DNA from: Octopus sinensis
Lineage: Eukaryota
Direction of reading: 5' to 3'
DNA length: 49,309 nt
NCBI RefSeq assembly: GCF_006345805.1
Contig: NW_021834368.1
Coordinates: 1-49,309, forward strand
A program made the translations under genes and the position numbers. Positions 26,770 through 37,672 of this stretch are shown piece after piece; position 1 is the stretch's first letter, and the number at the start of each line of letters is the position of its first letter. The notes beneath the pieces are model-generated. The model was not told where the DNA came from, did not search any database, and was given only the letters and a program-made list of their open reading frames with translations.

Positions 26770-27184
26770 GGCGCAGGAGTGGCTGTGTGGTAAGTAGCTT
26801 GCCAACCAACCACATGGTTCCGGGTTCAGTCCCACTGCGTGGCATCTTGGGCAAATGACTTCTGCTATAGCCCCGGGCCGACCAAAGCCTTGTGAGTGGA
26901 TTTGGTAGACGGAAACTGAAAGAAGCCCGTCGTATATATGTATATATGTATGTGTGTGTGTGTGTTTGTGTGTCTGTGTTGGTTCCCCTAGCATTGCTTG
27001 ACAACCGATGCTGGTGTGTTTATGTCCCCGTTACTTAGCGGTTCGGCAAAAGAGACCGATAGGATAAGTACTGGGCTTACAAAAAGAATAAGTTCCGGGG
27101 TCGAGTTGCTCGATTAAAGGCGGTGCTCCAGCATGGCCGCAGTCAAATGACTGAAACAAGCAAAAGAGCAAAAGAGTAAAAAGA
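26770..27184 (+). mobile_element. Full-length tRNA-SINE with internal (TA)/(TG) tract
   Basis: GGCGCAGGAGTGGCTGTGTGG (A box), GGTTCAGTCC (B box), tail GGCGGTGCTCCAGCATGGCC...CTGAAAC-(AAAAGAG)n; interrupts gctcAATA/AATAccacag. Confidence 0.9.
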
Positions 27185-27618
27185 ATACCACAGATTTGCT
27201 TGTCAGTTGTTTGACCTTAACCATTTGAGCATGTCCCTTAGTGGCTGACGATATGTGCATCTCTGATCACGAGCAGAAGTAGTGGGGGAGCATCATAGCC
27301 ATGTGTTGAGAGGGATTCTTTGGGGTTTGAATAATTCACCTCTGGAAACATGGGTGGTTCTTTCAACATTCTTAAACAACCCTTATTCAGGGACCATTTG
27401 AGCGGGATAGGCTACTCAACCTGAAGAAAATTCTAACTGGGCCCCACCTGCAAGGTCATGTGCTGTTTATCTTGATATGAGATCACCATGACGCGCACAT
27501 ATAGTTGTAATGCATGTGCCTGGTGTACCCTTTTCAGACGGGTAGTCATGATGGGTATATTGGGCTACGTATATTTTACCCCAGTGTCACTTTGATGGCA
27601 TGCACTGCTCTCTCACTC
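27185..27618 (+). repeat. Partial copy of a ~550-bp AAT-flanked interspersed repeat (begins 26750-26769, split by the SINE)
   Basis: Near-identical to 27950-28387. Confidence 0.85.
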
Positions 27619-27652
27619 AATAATAATAATAATAGTAATAGTAATAATAATA

Positions 27653-27691
<39 letters not shown>

Positions 27692-27775
27692 TAATAATAA
27701 TAATAATAATAATAATGATAATATAATAATAATAATAATAAATAATAATAATAATATAATAATAATAATAATAAT

Positions 27776-27809
<34 letters not shown>

Positions 27810-27834
27810 TAATAATAATAATAATAATAATAAA

Positions 27835-28567
27835 TGCCCTGATGCAGTACCAGGCAGTGGCTCTCATGGCTTCTGATCTTAACTGATTGGAATTGTTATG
27901 TACATTGTTTTGTCTTGGTATAAAAGATGGGCTACAGCAAATATTCTGCTCAATACCACAGATTTGCTTGGTCAGTTGTTTGACCTTAACCAGTTGAGCA
28001 TGTCCCTTAGTGGCTGACGATATGTGCATCTCTGATCACGAGCAGAAGTAGTGGGGGAGCATCATAGCCATGTGTTGAGAGGGATTCTTTGGGGTTTGAA
28101 TAATTCACCTCTGGAAACATGGGTGGTTCTTTCAACATCCTTAAACAACCCTTATTCAGGGACCGTTTGAGCGGGATGGGCTACTCAACCTGAAGCAAAT
28201 TCTAACTGGGCCCCACCTGCAAGGTCATGTGCTGTTTATCTTGATATGAGATCACCATGTCGCGCACATATGGTTGTGATGCATGTGCCTGGTGTACCCT
28301 TATCAGACGGGTAGTCATGATGGGTATATTGGGCTTCGTATATTTTACCCCAGTGTCACTTTGATAGCATGAACTGCTCTCTCACTCAATAATAATAATA
28401 ATAATAATAATAATAAACATGCTTCCTCATTGATATGACTGTCCCAATCGATGTAAACGTATCTGTCAAGACCTGCCAGAAACTGAGCAAATATAAAGAT
28501 CTGGAAATAGAAATCAGCAAAATGTGGAACCTGAAAACTAAAACAATACCTGTTGCCATAGGTGCCC
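27835..28567 (+). mobile_element. ~550-bp repeat + (AAT)n + R4/Dong endonuclease fragment (probable non-autonomous Dong derivative)
   Basis: 28420-28567 encodes [51 protein letters not shown]; longer mirror at ~38540-39710. Confidence 0.7.
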
Positions 28568-28680
28568 TGGGATTTGTTGAAGAAGAAGAAGAAGAGAAGA
28601 AGAAGAAGAAGAAGAAGAAGAAGAAGAAGAAGAAGAAGAAGAAGAAGAAGAAGAGAAGAAGAAGAGAAGAAGAAGAAGAA
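28568..28680. repeat. (GAA/TTC)n tract
   Basis: Direct reading; mirror at ~38425-38524. Confidence 0.95.
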
Positions 28681-28689
28681 GGGATGAAC

Positions 28690-29900
28690 GTTATTCCTCA
28701 TATCCCGCAAATATCATTAATAAAAGCATAGATAGACACGTGAGGAATATATTTCAATCCTATTCGCTTATTTTACAGCAGTGCGCTACCCACAGAACGA
28801 AGACACAACAACATATACATATAAAATCTGGAAGAAAAGTAATGTAGATGAAGATTTGGATACAGCAATAAACTAGCTAACATACATATCAGAAAAGTAA
28901 TGTAGATGAAGATTTGGATACAGCAATAAACTAGCTAATATACATATCAGAAATAGAAATAGAGCACTTAAAAGGAAATATACACTAGGAAAACGTAGAT
29001 AATAATTACACAATAATATCACAATCACTGGGACTATAAAATACGAAAACAGACTAACACATCTATCAAAAACGAAGTAAACAACGAAAGACAACAAACC
29101 CAAACCGAAGGAATGTATAATGATGAGCAAAATGCACCAGACCAGAACAGCACAGACAAAAATATGAACGGCCGCACTAAAAACAACAAGGCTTTCTACA
29201 CTCCACCATAACTCTTAGCTTGGTGTCTTCACCCACCAGTATTGTGTCAACAATCTCCTCGAGGTCCGCAGGGGCAGCCTCGATTAGCATCTCTAATCTC
29301 TGTTCCTGCCAGTTCTGCTGTTTGATTTTGTTTGCTTGGAGGATTATTTTTTCCTCTAAGCCTAAGGTGATTGCCGCCACCAGTCAGGCAACGTCGAACT
29401 CTGATGGAATATCCTCCTTCCTTAACCTTGGAAGTACGTATACTCAGGTATGTAAGTAGGAAGACCACTTCATTAGTTTTCAGCGGGGTCGTAGAGAGTT
29501 GCCTAGCAACATCTTCGGATGAGAACTGCACTTCCACCATCGCAAAACGTTTGCCCCTGGCAAGATATACTATATCTTTCCAGATAAGCCTCAGACACAT
29601 TTTCAGCTCTTCTTTCGTCACCATGTCGAGCCTTTTGTTTTTCATAGAGAGGATTTTAAAAATCACCGTTTTTCGAGAAGTTGTAATTAGTCAATTCGAT
29701 CGCGCTCCTCCTTATGAAGAAGACCTTTAAATTTATCAAGTTAATTCCTTTCGATATTCGTTGGTGAGGCTAGTCATCGCTGCGAAATTGCTTACTTTTT
29801 TGCTTCAATCATATTGTCGTTGTTTTCCTTCTGTATTATTTTATCCAAAATTTTAACACACAGACCATTCCTCTTTAGAGGAATCGACGTCAGTTGAACT
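28690..29900 (-). mobile_element. L1/Tx1-type ORF1 (gag-like) segment with 3' UTR ending in (TTC)n; no ORF2
   Basis: ORFs 29247-29666 and 29177-29380 (VEVQFSSEDVARQLSTTPL...LRVMVECRKPCCF*CG, degenerate zinc knuckle); 56-bp tandem duplication near 28836-28950. Confidence 0.55.
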
Positions 29901-30199
29901 CACGTCCAGTAATATCACCATCGATTTTTTTTTAACAAAACACAATTGAGTATTTCCCCCTTCAAACAAGTGAGGGAGGGGGATGTCAGCGTGTCTGCAA
30001 CAGCGCAGAACAAACAAAGTGTTTTAACAACACGATAACAAAAGCAGTTCAACAAAAATTCAACAATTACAATAAACAGAACTTTATCGCAAAAACCAGC
30101 CAAACTCGAAAAAATGAGAGGGCACGAATTGGTTTTAATTGACCACAAGGGTTGCACACAGGAGGGACAGACAAAGGGTCGGGGTGATTCGTTCCGTTT

Positions 30200-31385
30200 T
30201 TAATGAACATTAAAAATTTCAAAAATCTGAGAAAAAATGATGACAACGAATGATTATGATGAAGTGGTGGACGTGGCTGACCCCACAGACCACGTTCTAC
30301 TACTGAACCATTAAATAATCCTTTTGTCCTCTCTTTAGAAGCTACATACATTCTCAACAAGTATGCCACTTTCATCCATCTTTTCTCGTATATACTTAGT
30401 CGTAGGCGACTCCTCTCCAACCTTATTTTCCTTTTCAGTTGGGAAACAAACAGTTTACCAACCACCGGCTGGAGATAAAGTCGCCTGTCACTACTACTTT
30501 CATGCGAGATATCCATACGACCTCTTCCACAATTGCTACTACAGTGAGAAAACAGAACCTTCCCTTCCCCTTTCAGAGAGGACGGTGCAACAATTTTATA
30601 ATTGACTCGGAGCACAGCTGTACTCCTCCCAAATGTGACAACATAAACCCACAACTCTGATAGTTTCGGACACTGCACAATAGCGTGCAGAACAGTCTCA
30701 CTGCTCTGCCTGCATCTTGGGCAAGTGGGCTGGCACGAAGAGCCATTCCTTGCGAGTTAATCTTGAACTGGTAAGGTTCCTCGGTAACATTGCCAAGCCA
30801 GTGATCTTTGGAAGTTATCCAAAAGCCACTTCCCGAATGTCCTTCGGAAAAACCCGCAAGCTGACTATCGTCGAAGCCAAGGGTTTCCCCCAGGCCATCG
30901 TCATACTTGGCCTCTACTAACCCTCTGTAGAATGACGAAATGGAAATCTCGCCACCGGCATTAGCCGTCCGGGAGAGACGTGCGAGAGCCTGCAGATATT
31001 CGGCCTTCCACGCTCCCAACTTAGGTCTACGCTTGATCCAAGGCTCTGATTCAATGAAACTAGTGAATCGGAGAAGTATCAGCTTGACGAACAGAGACGA
31101 CACCCGCTCACCATCCAGGTAGAGCCAAAAATGACTCAGCCTCTGTGCATCAACAGCCATGGTATCCCTAGCCCACCCTTTAGCTGGTGTTGGCAGCAGA
31201 TTAAGCGCCTTACAAGCGGCCCTCTGCCTTTCCCCAAAAAGCGAAAGAGCATCGTTCCAACTTGCTGGCCACGGGGCAAGGTACGACGGTTAGGTGGTAA
31301 GTGATCACAGATGCGATAAACACACTTGCGAGCTCTGCCCTCCCTTTCAGGGATAACCACCGCTCAGACTAGGCCTGGGTTAGGT
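30200..31385 (-). mobile_element. L1/Tx1-clade ORF2 C-terminal fragment
   Basis: KGGLGIP motif; CPRCRQSSETVLHAIVQCPKLSELW (CCHC finger). Confidence 0.75.
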
Positions 31386-31779
31386 GATAAAATCCATATA
31401 ATCTCAATATCATGTGTGAAACAAATAATCTTTTACAGTGCGACGCTTCTTTTTTAGTTCAGTATATATGAATAGTTTATAGATTAGAGACAAGTATTCT
31501 ATATATAGGACACACTTTGCATTACTCAAGAGATTTGAACTTGAGCAGATAGAGGAGTAAATACAAGGACAAGCAAGTTAGGCAAGTCGACATACAAAAA
31601 ATATTGTTGTTGTTTGTTCCTTCACGGGCAATGCCTACCTCATAAGGGCCGGTTTCCGGTTTCCTTAACGTAAAGGTTCCCCACCTGGACGGGACGCTTA
31701 TCCGTCACAGGTGAGCTGCTAGATGCAGGAGGAAAGATGCAGAGTGAGAGAAATTATATATATATATATATATTCACCC

Positions 31780-32944
31780 AAAACCGTGGAAAAGTTCTAC
31801 TGTAGATTAAGTATTTCCTGGCGAATAGAACACAACATGTTGTAGTTGATGGAGTCCACTCAAGCCCAGCAAAAGTCGACAGCGGTGTCCCCCAGGGGAA
31901 TGTCTTGGGCCCGCTACTCTTCATAATTTACATAAACAACTTTTCCAGTGTCGTACATTACTGCAAAATGAAAAATTTGCTGATGACACTAAGCTCCAGC
32001 AAATCGTCAATGAAGAAGCAGAGCGAACTCAACTCCAGTCTGATCTATATGCTGTGAGTCAATGGGCAGACAGAAACAAAATGCAACTGAACGAGGGAAA
32101 ATTTGAGCTGATGCATTTTACAAGTAATTCCTCACTAAAACAGCCATACTCTCTTCCTTCAGGGGAACCGCTCACAGTCTCTAACAATATCAGACACCTG
32201 GGTGTAATTGTTGATGACGATCTCAGTTGGAGTGCACACATCAACAATAAGGTCGATATAGCTCGTAGGATGAGTTCCTGGATCTTAAGAACTTTCCGGT
32301 CCAGAGAACAAGGTGTCATCATACCACTTTTCTCCTCCTTTGTACGGCCACACCTCGAATACTGCTGCCCACTGTGGTCACCCCATACAAGATAAAACAT
32401 CTCGAGGATTGAATCACCCTAGAGGGCACTCACTAAACGAATTGAAGGCATGGATGCTCTCGATTATTGGGATCGCCTTAAAGCCTTGAAACTCTACTCT
32501 CTCCAGCGTCGCCGTGAGCGGTACATCATTTGTACGATGTGGAGAATATACCGCCAAACGACCTGAACATTAGCTTCAAGGTTCATCCAAGACTGGGACC
32601 ACGGTCCATACGTCCCCTGCCCAATTCAAGATCACAGCATACATGTAGACTGCAACATAATTTCTTTTCCTCAACAGGCCCTGCCCTATTTAACATTGTC
32701 CCGAAAGAGATCAAAGAGGAAAAGGATCCCATCAACTTTAAACGGAGTCTGGATAGATTCCTTCAAGGAATACCAGATAAGTCACCCATGATTGAATACA
32801 ACTCACCCAACAAAAACTCACTACTTGAATGGACCATAAACAAAACTTGACTTAAACAGGATTCACATAATCCTATCAGGTGGTGCTATTAAGTTAGACA
32901 TGGCCTAGTCCAATCTTTGGTCGAAACATATCTAAGTTTATCTA

Positions 32945-32950
<6 letters not shown>
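31780..32950 (+). mobile_element. CR1-group family-A relative, 3' fragment
   Basis: SGVPQG, FADD-like motif, RPHLEYCCPLWSPH; 3' end ccaggtggtgctattaagttagac...GAAAC shared with 1490-1550. Confidence 0.9.
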
Positions 32951-32979
<29 letters not shown>

Positions 32980-32987
<8 letters not shown>

Positions 32988-33135
32988 AGTGAATTGAAGA
33001 AATGGAGTTGAACGAAGATTGAACAGAAATCGTTTTATTGCATTCTACACGTGTTTCGAAACACGTGTAGAATGCAATAAAACGATTTCTGTTCAATCTT
33101 CGTTCAACTCCATTTCTTCAATTCACTAATAATAT
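32980..33135. repeat. Perfect 156-bp palindrome of a PLE pLTR 3' end
   Basis: Centre tttc|gaaa at 33057/33058; right half GAAAC-acgt-GTA-gaa...AATAAA resembles the tail following the HHR at 10286. Confidence 0.92.
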
Positions 33136-33505
33136 TAAAATTCAATTATCCGCACCAACGCACGGTTGCAACACCATATGGTTGTACCTCCAACCGTGCT
33201 GTCTTCTGCTGTGATTTTTGCTACCAAGGTATCGGTTAAACTTTTGATTAATCTGCAACAAGATTATTCATCTTTCTATTTCACAACATATATATATATA
33301 TATATACATATATAATAAATAGGGTTCAGCAACGATTTGCTTCACCACATGCCGAAGTTTAGAAATAGCAGTCAAAAAATTCTTCGCTATTCCTTCTACT
33401 TTAAAAGGGGCTTACTTATGCTTACCATGAAATGGTCTTCTTCGTGCTGAATTCTGCTTGGTGAAATTACTGATTACTTTTTAATTAATTAATTTTACCT
33501 TTTGT

Positions 33506-33580
<75 letters not shown>

Positions 33581-33698
33581 GACTTAATTATGTAATAACC
33601 TGCTCATGAATAGCGATAGCGAAACCGGCCGATATATTAAAAATTATATTAAAACCATGTAAGTGTCTGTATTTTCCTTTTTTAATTTCTTACATATG

Positions 33699-33752
<54 letters not shown>

Positions 33753-33899
33753 AAAAGCAATAAAGATTCAAGTTAATTTAAATGAATTTACTTGAATATG
33801 GTACCTAACTTAGATGCACCAAAAAAACCTATACTGTTTTAACAATACAGTAATGTGGGGTGATTATAAGCGAGAAAGAAGCAACAAGAATTGATAGGT

Positions 33900-33990
33900 T
33901 TTTAGTACAATCGTTTCATACAAGGACAGGCTTTATTAAAAGTTGCAAAAATTACAGCATATAAACGTGTCCCGTACTCATCAGCTAAAA
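33900..33990 (-). ncRNA. Intact type-I hammerhead ribozyme (minus polarity)
   Basis: Reverse complement of 34390-34480. Confidence 0.85.
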
Positions 33991-34389
33991 TACATGTGAG
34001 TTCTCTAGACATCCTAGTGGTTGAGGCTATACTCATGAAGTAATGTAGATAATTAAGTAACATAAACAGATTTCCAAAGTTCATTAAAGTTCTTTAAAGA
34101 TGATGTACAGTCTTATCACAGAATTTTAAAAAAGTTTTAATAGCATCACAGAGAAGGTGACCTAATCCATAGTGCACATATGAATTTCCAGAGATATGAT
34201 GAGGGATTACATACTCACAGAAGACAAATTTATCCATTGTTAATCACAACGAGGTGGGTCTCAATTCCTGCTTATTAGCATTACAGAGAGGGTGAATTAA
34301 CTTTGGAAATCTGTTTATGTTACTTAATTATCTACATTACTTCATGAGTATAGCCTCAACCACTAGGATGTCTAGAGAACTCACATGTA

Positions 34390-34480
34390 TTTTAGCTGAT
34401 GAGTACGGGACACGTTTATATGCTGTAATTTTTGCAACTTTTAATAAAGCCTGTCCTTGTATGAAACGATTGTACTAAAA
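34390..34480 (+). ncRNA. Intact type-I hammerhead ribozyme (plus polarity); predicted cleavage after A34474
   Basis: ttttag-CTGATGA-gtacgggac...gtccttgtat-GAAA-c gatt g-TA-ctaaaa: 6-bp stem I, ~9-bp stem II, GUA site. Confidence 0.85.
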
Positions 34481-34511
34481 ACCTATCCATTCTTGTTGCT
34501 TCTTTCTCGCG

Positions 34512-34590
<79 letters not shown>

Positions 34591-34739
34591 ATATATGTAT
34601 ATGTGTATTATACTAAATTAGAGATAAACCACTATTAGGCAAATCATACAATGAAAAACTTAAGCCAATACATAAGATTAATTAATTTATATTATTTTAA
34701 ATATATATCAAAATTATTAAAAAAAGATAATTAGTATAA

Positions 34740-34802
34740 CACTACGATCGTTTCATGGCTGTCCAATTCGTAAAAATTCGAGTTACAGTCATTCTTTAGG
34801 TG
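34740..34802 (-). ncRNA. Degenerate type-I HHR (CTAAAGA)
   Basis: cac-CTAAAGA-atgactgt...acagccat-GAAA-c gatc g-TA-gtg. Confidence 0.6.
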
Positions 34803-35369
34803 ATTGAAATATCTAAAACATAATCAGAAATATTTAAACAATATTTTAAAGATATAAATAATATATATAATATAATAGTTTTACTTATAATAAACTCTGT
34901 TATCAAACTAGAGACATAGAACTTAACAATTATGATTATATCCAAATCGACTATAATGTTAAATATTAATTTTAATTTATAAGGTAGGAAACCCACCCAA
35001 AATCTAATATCAATATTAGTCTATATCTAATTACATAAATATTCAAAATGACTAATATATATAAATTATCAATGAAACTATATAAATGTATATAAATATT
35101 ATAATTAAGATCTAAAATAATCTCTATAAATAATTGTATATGCACATATAATAAAAACCTAATAAATTTAATTTTTCATATTTAAAGATGAAATAGCTAA
35201 TTTCAAAATACAAATAAACTAACTTAAACGAACTTTCGGAAATCATATGTAGAATACTTTTAGAAATAATCAATTCGTAGTAATATAGTATCGAATAAAT
35301 ACTATAAGTACTATAAATATAATTATGAATGGGAATAATTATCGAATATAAATTTAAAGAAATATCTAA

Positions 35370-35445
35370 GTTATGCTATTAAATTAGACATGGCCTGGAC
35401 CAATCTTTTGTCGAAACATATCTAAGTTTATCAAAGTTTATCTAA
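35370..35445 (+). mobile_element. ~70-bp family-A LINE 3' tail insertion
   Basis: tgctattaaattagacatggcc...cgaaacatatctaagtttatc matches 32884-32950. Confidence 0.75.
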
Positions 35446-36195
35446 TTTAATTATAAATTTAAAACTACAATTAATACTATTAAAACATGTATATACAAAG
35501 CCTAACTTAATACACCTCGTATGCTTGCTATCAAATAATAAATTTATCGCTAAGAAGTATCTTACGAATAAACTTAAATTTAATATCTAATAATATAGAA
35601 AATTACGATAATTAGATCATTACATAAACAACGATATTTACATAAGGAGAATATTATTACTCCAAAGGCTTATACAATATTAAAATTTACAATTTGAAGA
35701 TCTTAAATAAATACATACTTAACTTAGCGAGGTTTAATCAAGGAACTAATATTTTACAGCGTTTATAAGAATACTCGTGGAATTACGTTATTAGCAAAAA
35801 AAAGAATAAATTGTTGAAGATTTCATTACGCGTGAGGAACCTACGTTTTATTAAAGATTGTGAATGGGAAAATTATTTGTTTATCATTGTAAAAATAATG
35901 AAGTCACAAATAAAGAATAAAATCTCTCTATACTATAATATTTATTAATAAAATAACTATGATAAATGAAACTTAATACAAAATAAATTAAATGATTTAA
36001 ATGATTAAAAACCACTAATTATTATATATTCTAAAAATCTTATAAGATTAATAAATATATAAAAATTAATTTATATAGTAACCCCTCTACATACTATAAA
36101 TTCTTTTCCATGCCCTTATAATTATAAGCTAAAATTAGTGATCATAACAAAATCTATAAATACTTATAAAAATTTGTAGTATAACTATACTACAA

Positions 36196-36604
36196 GTGGA
36201 GTGGCTGTGTGGTAAGTAGCTTGCTAACCAGCCACATGGTTCCGGGTTCAGTCCCACTGCGTGGCATCTTGGGCAAGTGTCTTCTGCTATAGCCCCGGGC
36301 CGACCAATGCCTTGTGAGTGGATTTGGTGGACGGAAACTGAAAGAAGCCAGTCGTATATATGTATATATATGTATGTATGTGTGTGTGTTTGTGTGTCTG
36401 TGTCTGTCCTCCTAGCATTGCTTGACAACCGATGCTGGTGTGTTTGCGTCCCCGTCACTTAGCGGTTCGGCAAAAGAGACCGATAGAATAAGTACTGGGC
36501 TTACGAAGAATAAGTCCTGGGGTCGATTTGCTCGACTGAAGGCGGTGCTCCAGCATGGCCGCAGTCAAAATGACTGAAACAAGTAAAAGAGAAAAGAGAA
36601 AGAG
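36196..36604 (+). mobile_element. tRNA-SINE, same family as 26770-27184
   Basis: Same head, body and tail. Confidence 0.9.
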
Positions 36605-36689
36605 AATACGTATATATAAATATATAAGAAAATATACATACATATACATATATATATACATATATATATACATATACAAGGGAAGCCTT

Positions 36690-36933
36690 GTATACGACAT
36701 CAATGGATACTTTCGGCACGAGAGAAAGGCAAAACCCAGATTGGTTCAATGCTGGGCTCTCAGAGCTGGAGCCAGTTATCGAAGCAAAGCGTGCAGCTCT
36801 GATGCAATACAAGAGTGACTCTTCTACAAAGTCACTCGAAGAACTCAGAAAGGCACGAAATAAAACCCAACTGACAGCCAGACGCTGTGCAAATAGGTAT
36901 TGGCAGGAAATCTGTCAGAGTAACCATTCAGCT
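36690..36933 (+). mobile_element. Internal RTE fragment near-identical to 173-391
   Basis: TSMDTFGTRERQNPDWF...ANRYWQEICQS; no 3' tail. Confidence 0.9.
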
Positions 36934-36934
36934 G

Positions 36935-37600
36935 CTATTTTTAAATTTTCTAATTGGAGTTCAGATAAAAGATAAATACCTACTAAATCCGTAGCTTGTG
37001 CAGAATCAGGTGCTCCCATAGGTATATCAAAAAAATCCCTAGTATCTTTCCTAGCCCATATTTTATTTTTATATTTAATAAACGATTTCCTAGCCATTTT
37101 AATTACATTAACTTCTTCAAATGTCATTCCCACTTTATTCATTGCAAAAATAAGGGCCTTATTAAACACAATTTCATTAATAGAAGAATAGTAATTATCT
37201 ATATCTATTTGAATAAATTTATATCGATTTTTATCTTTAATATTATTAAACCAATTCAAAGTATTATCATTACTAAACCATAATTTTAAGTAATTAAGTT
37301 TATTTAATTTCTTAATATATTTATCTAAAATAAGTTTACTCAATTTACCAAGGTCTGATTTACATGGACAAATTAATCTAAATTTAGGGTCTGAGTAAAA
37401 ATTATCTTTATGGTCTTTCAGAGTAATTCTAGGGTGCATAGGTACATAAGGTTCAGTTTTATTATCCAATTCATAGTTTATCATCACTAATTTAGAGGCC
37501 TTATTAATATTATAAAGTTTACTATCTGGAACAATTTTAGGAATCTCTATAAATTGGATGTTAAATTATATTACCTTTTAGAGAAAGAAATAATTAAAAA
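36935..37600 (-). mobile_element. AT-rich PLE (Naiad-like) RT fragment, second family
   Basis: ITLKDHKDNF..PKFRLICPCKSDLGK, FIQIDIDNYYSSI, FDIPMGAPDSAQATDLVGIYLL; breaks before the YxDD motif. Confidence 0.85.
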
Positions 37601-37672
37601 ATATAAAATTGTTCCAGGTAGTAAACTTTATAATATTAATAAGGCCTCTAAATTAGTAATGATAAACTATGA
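37471..37672. repeat. Hairpin with ~68-bp arms at the inner edge of the giant inverted repeat
   Basis: tcatagtttatc...tggaacaatttta versus taaaattgttccagg...gataaactatga. Confidence 0.88.

Larger units (their letters stand above)
10991..29418 (+). repeat. Left arm of giant inverted duplication
   Basis: Reverse-complement match to 37672-49309, including unique sequence, TE remnants and junctions. Confidence 0.95.
33870..34510. mobile_element. 640-bp hairpin cassette: ~211-bp inverted arms, each with an HHR, ~215-bp spacer
   Basis: 33870-34081 vs 34299-34510 reverse-complementary with one mismatch seen; right end abuts (TA)n. Confidence 0.9.

Noticed and set aside
26770-26850. tRNA-like sequences (also 36196, 21900-21976, 43294)
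   Set aside because: SINE heads with A/B boxes followed by SINE bodies; not complete tRNA genes.
33600-33640. CTCATGA...gcGAAAC-cggccg HHR-like motif
   Set aside because: Core altered, no clear NUH site or stem I; at most a heavily decayed remnant.
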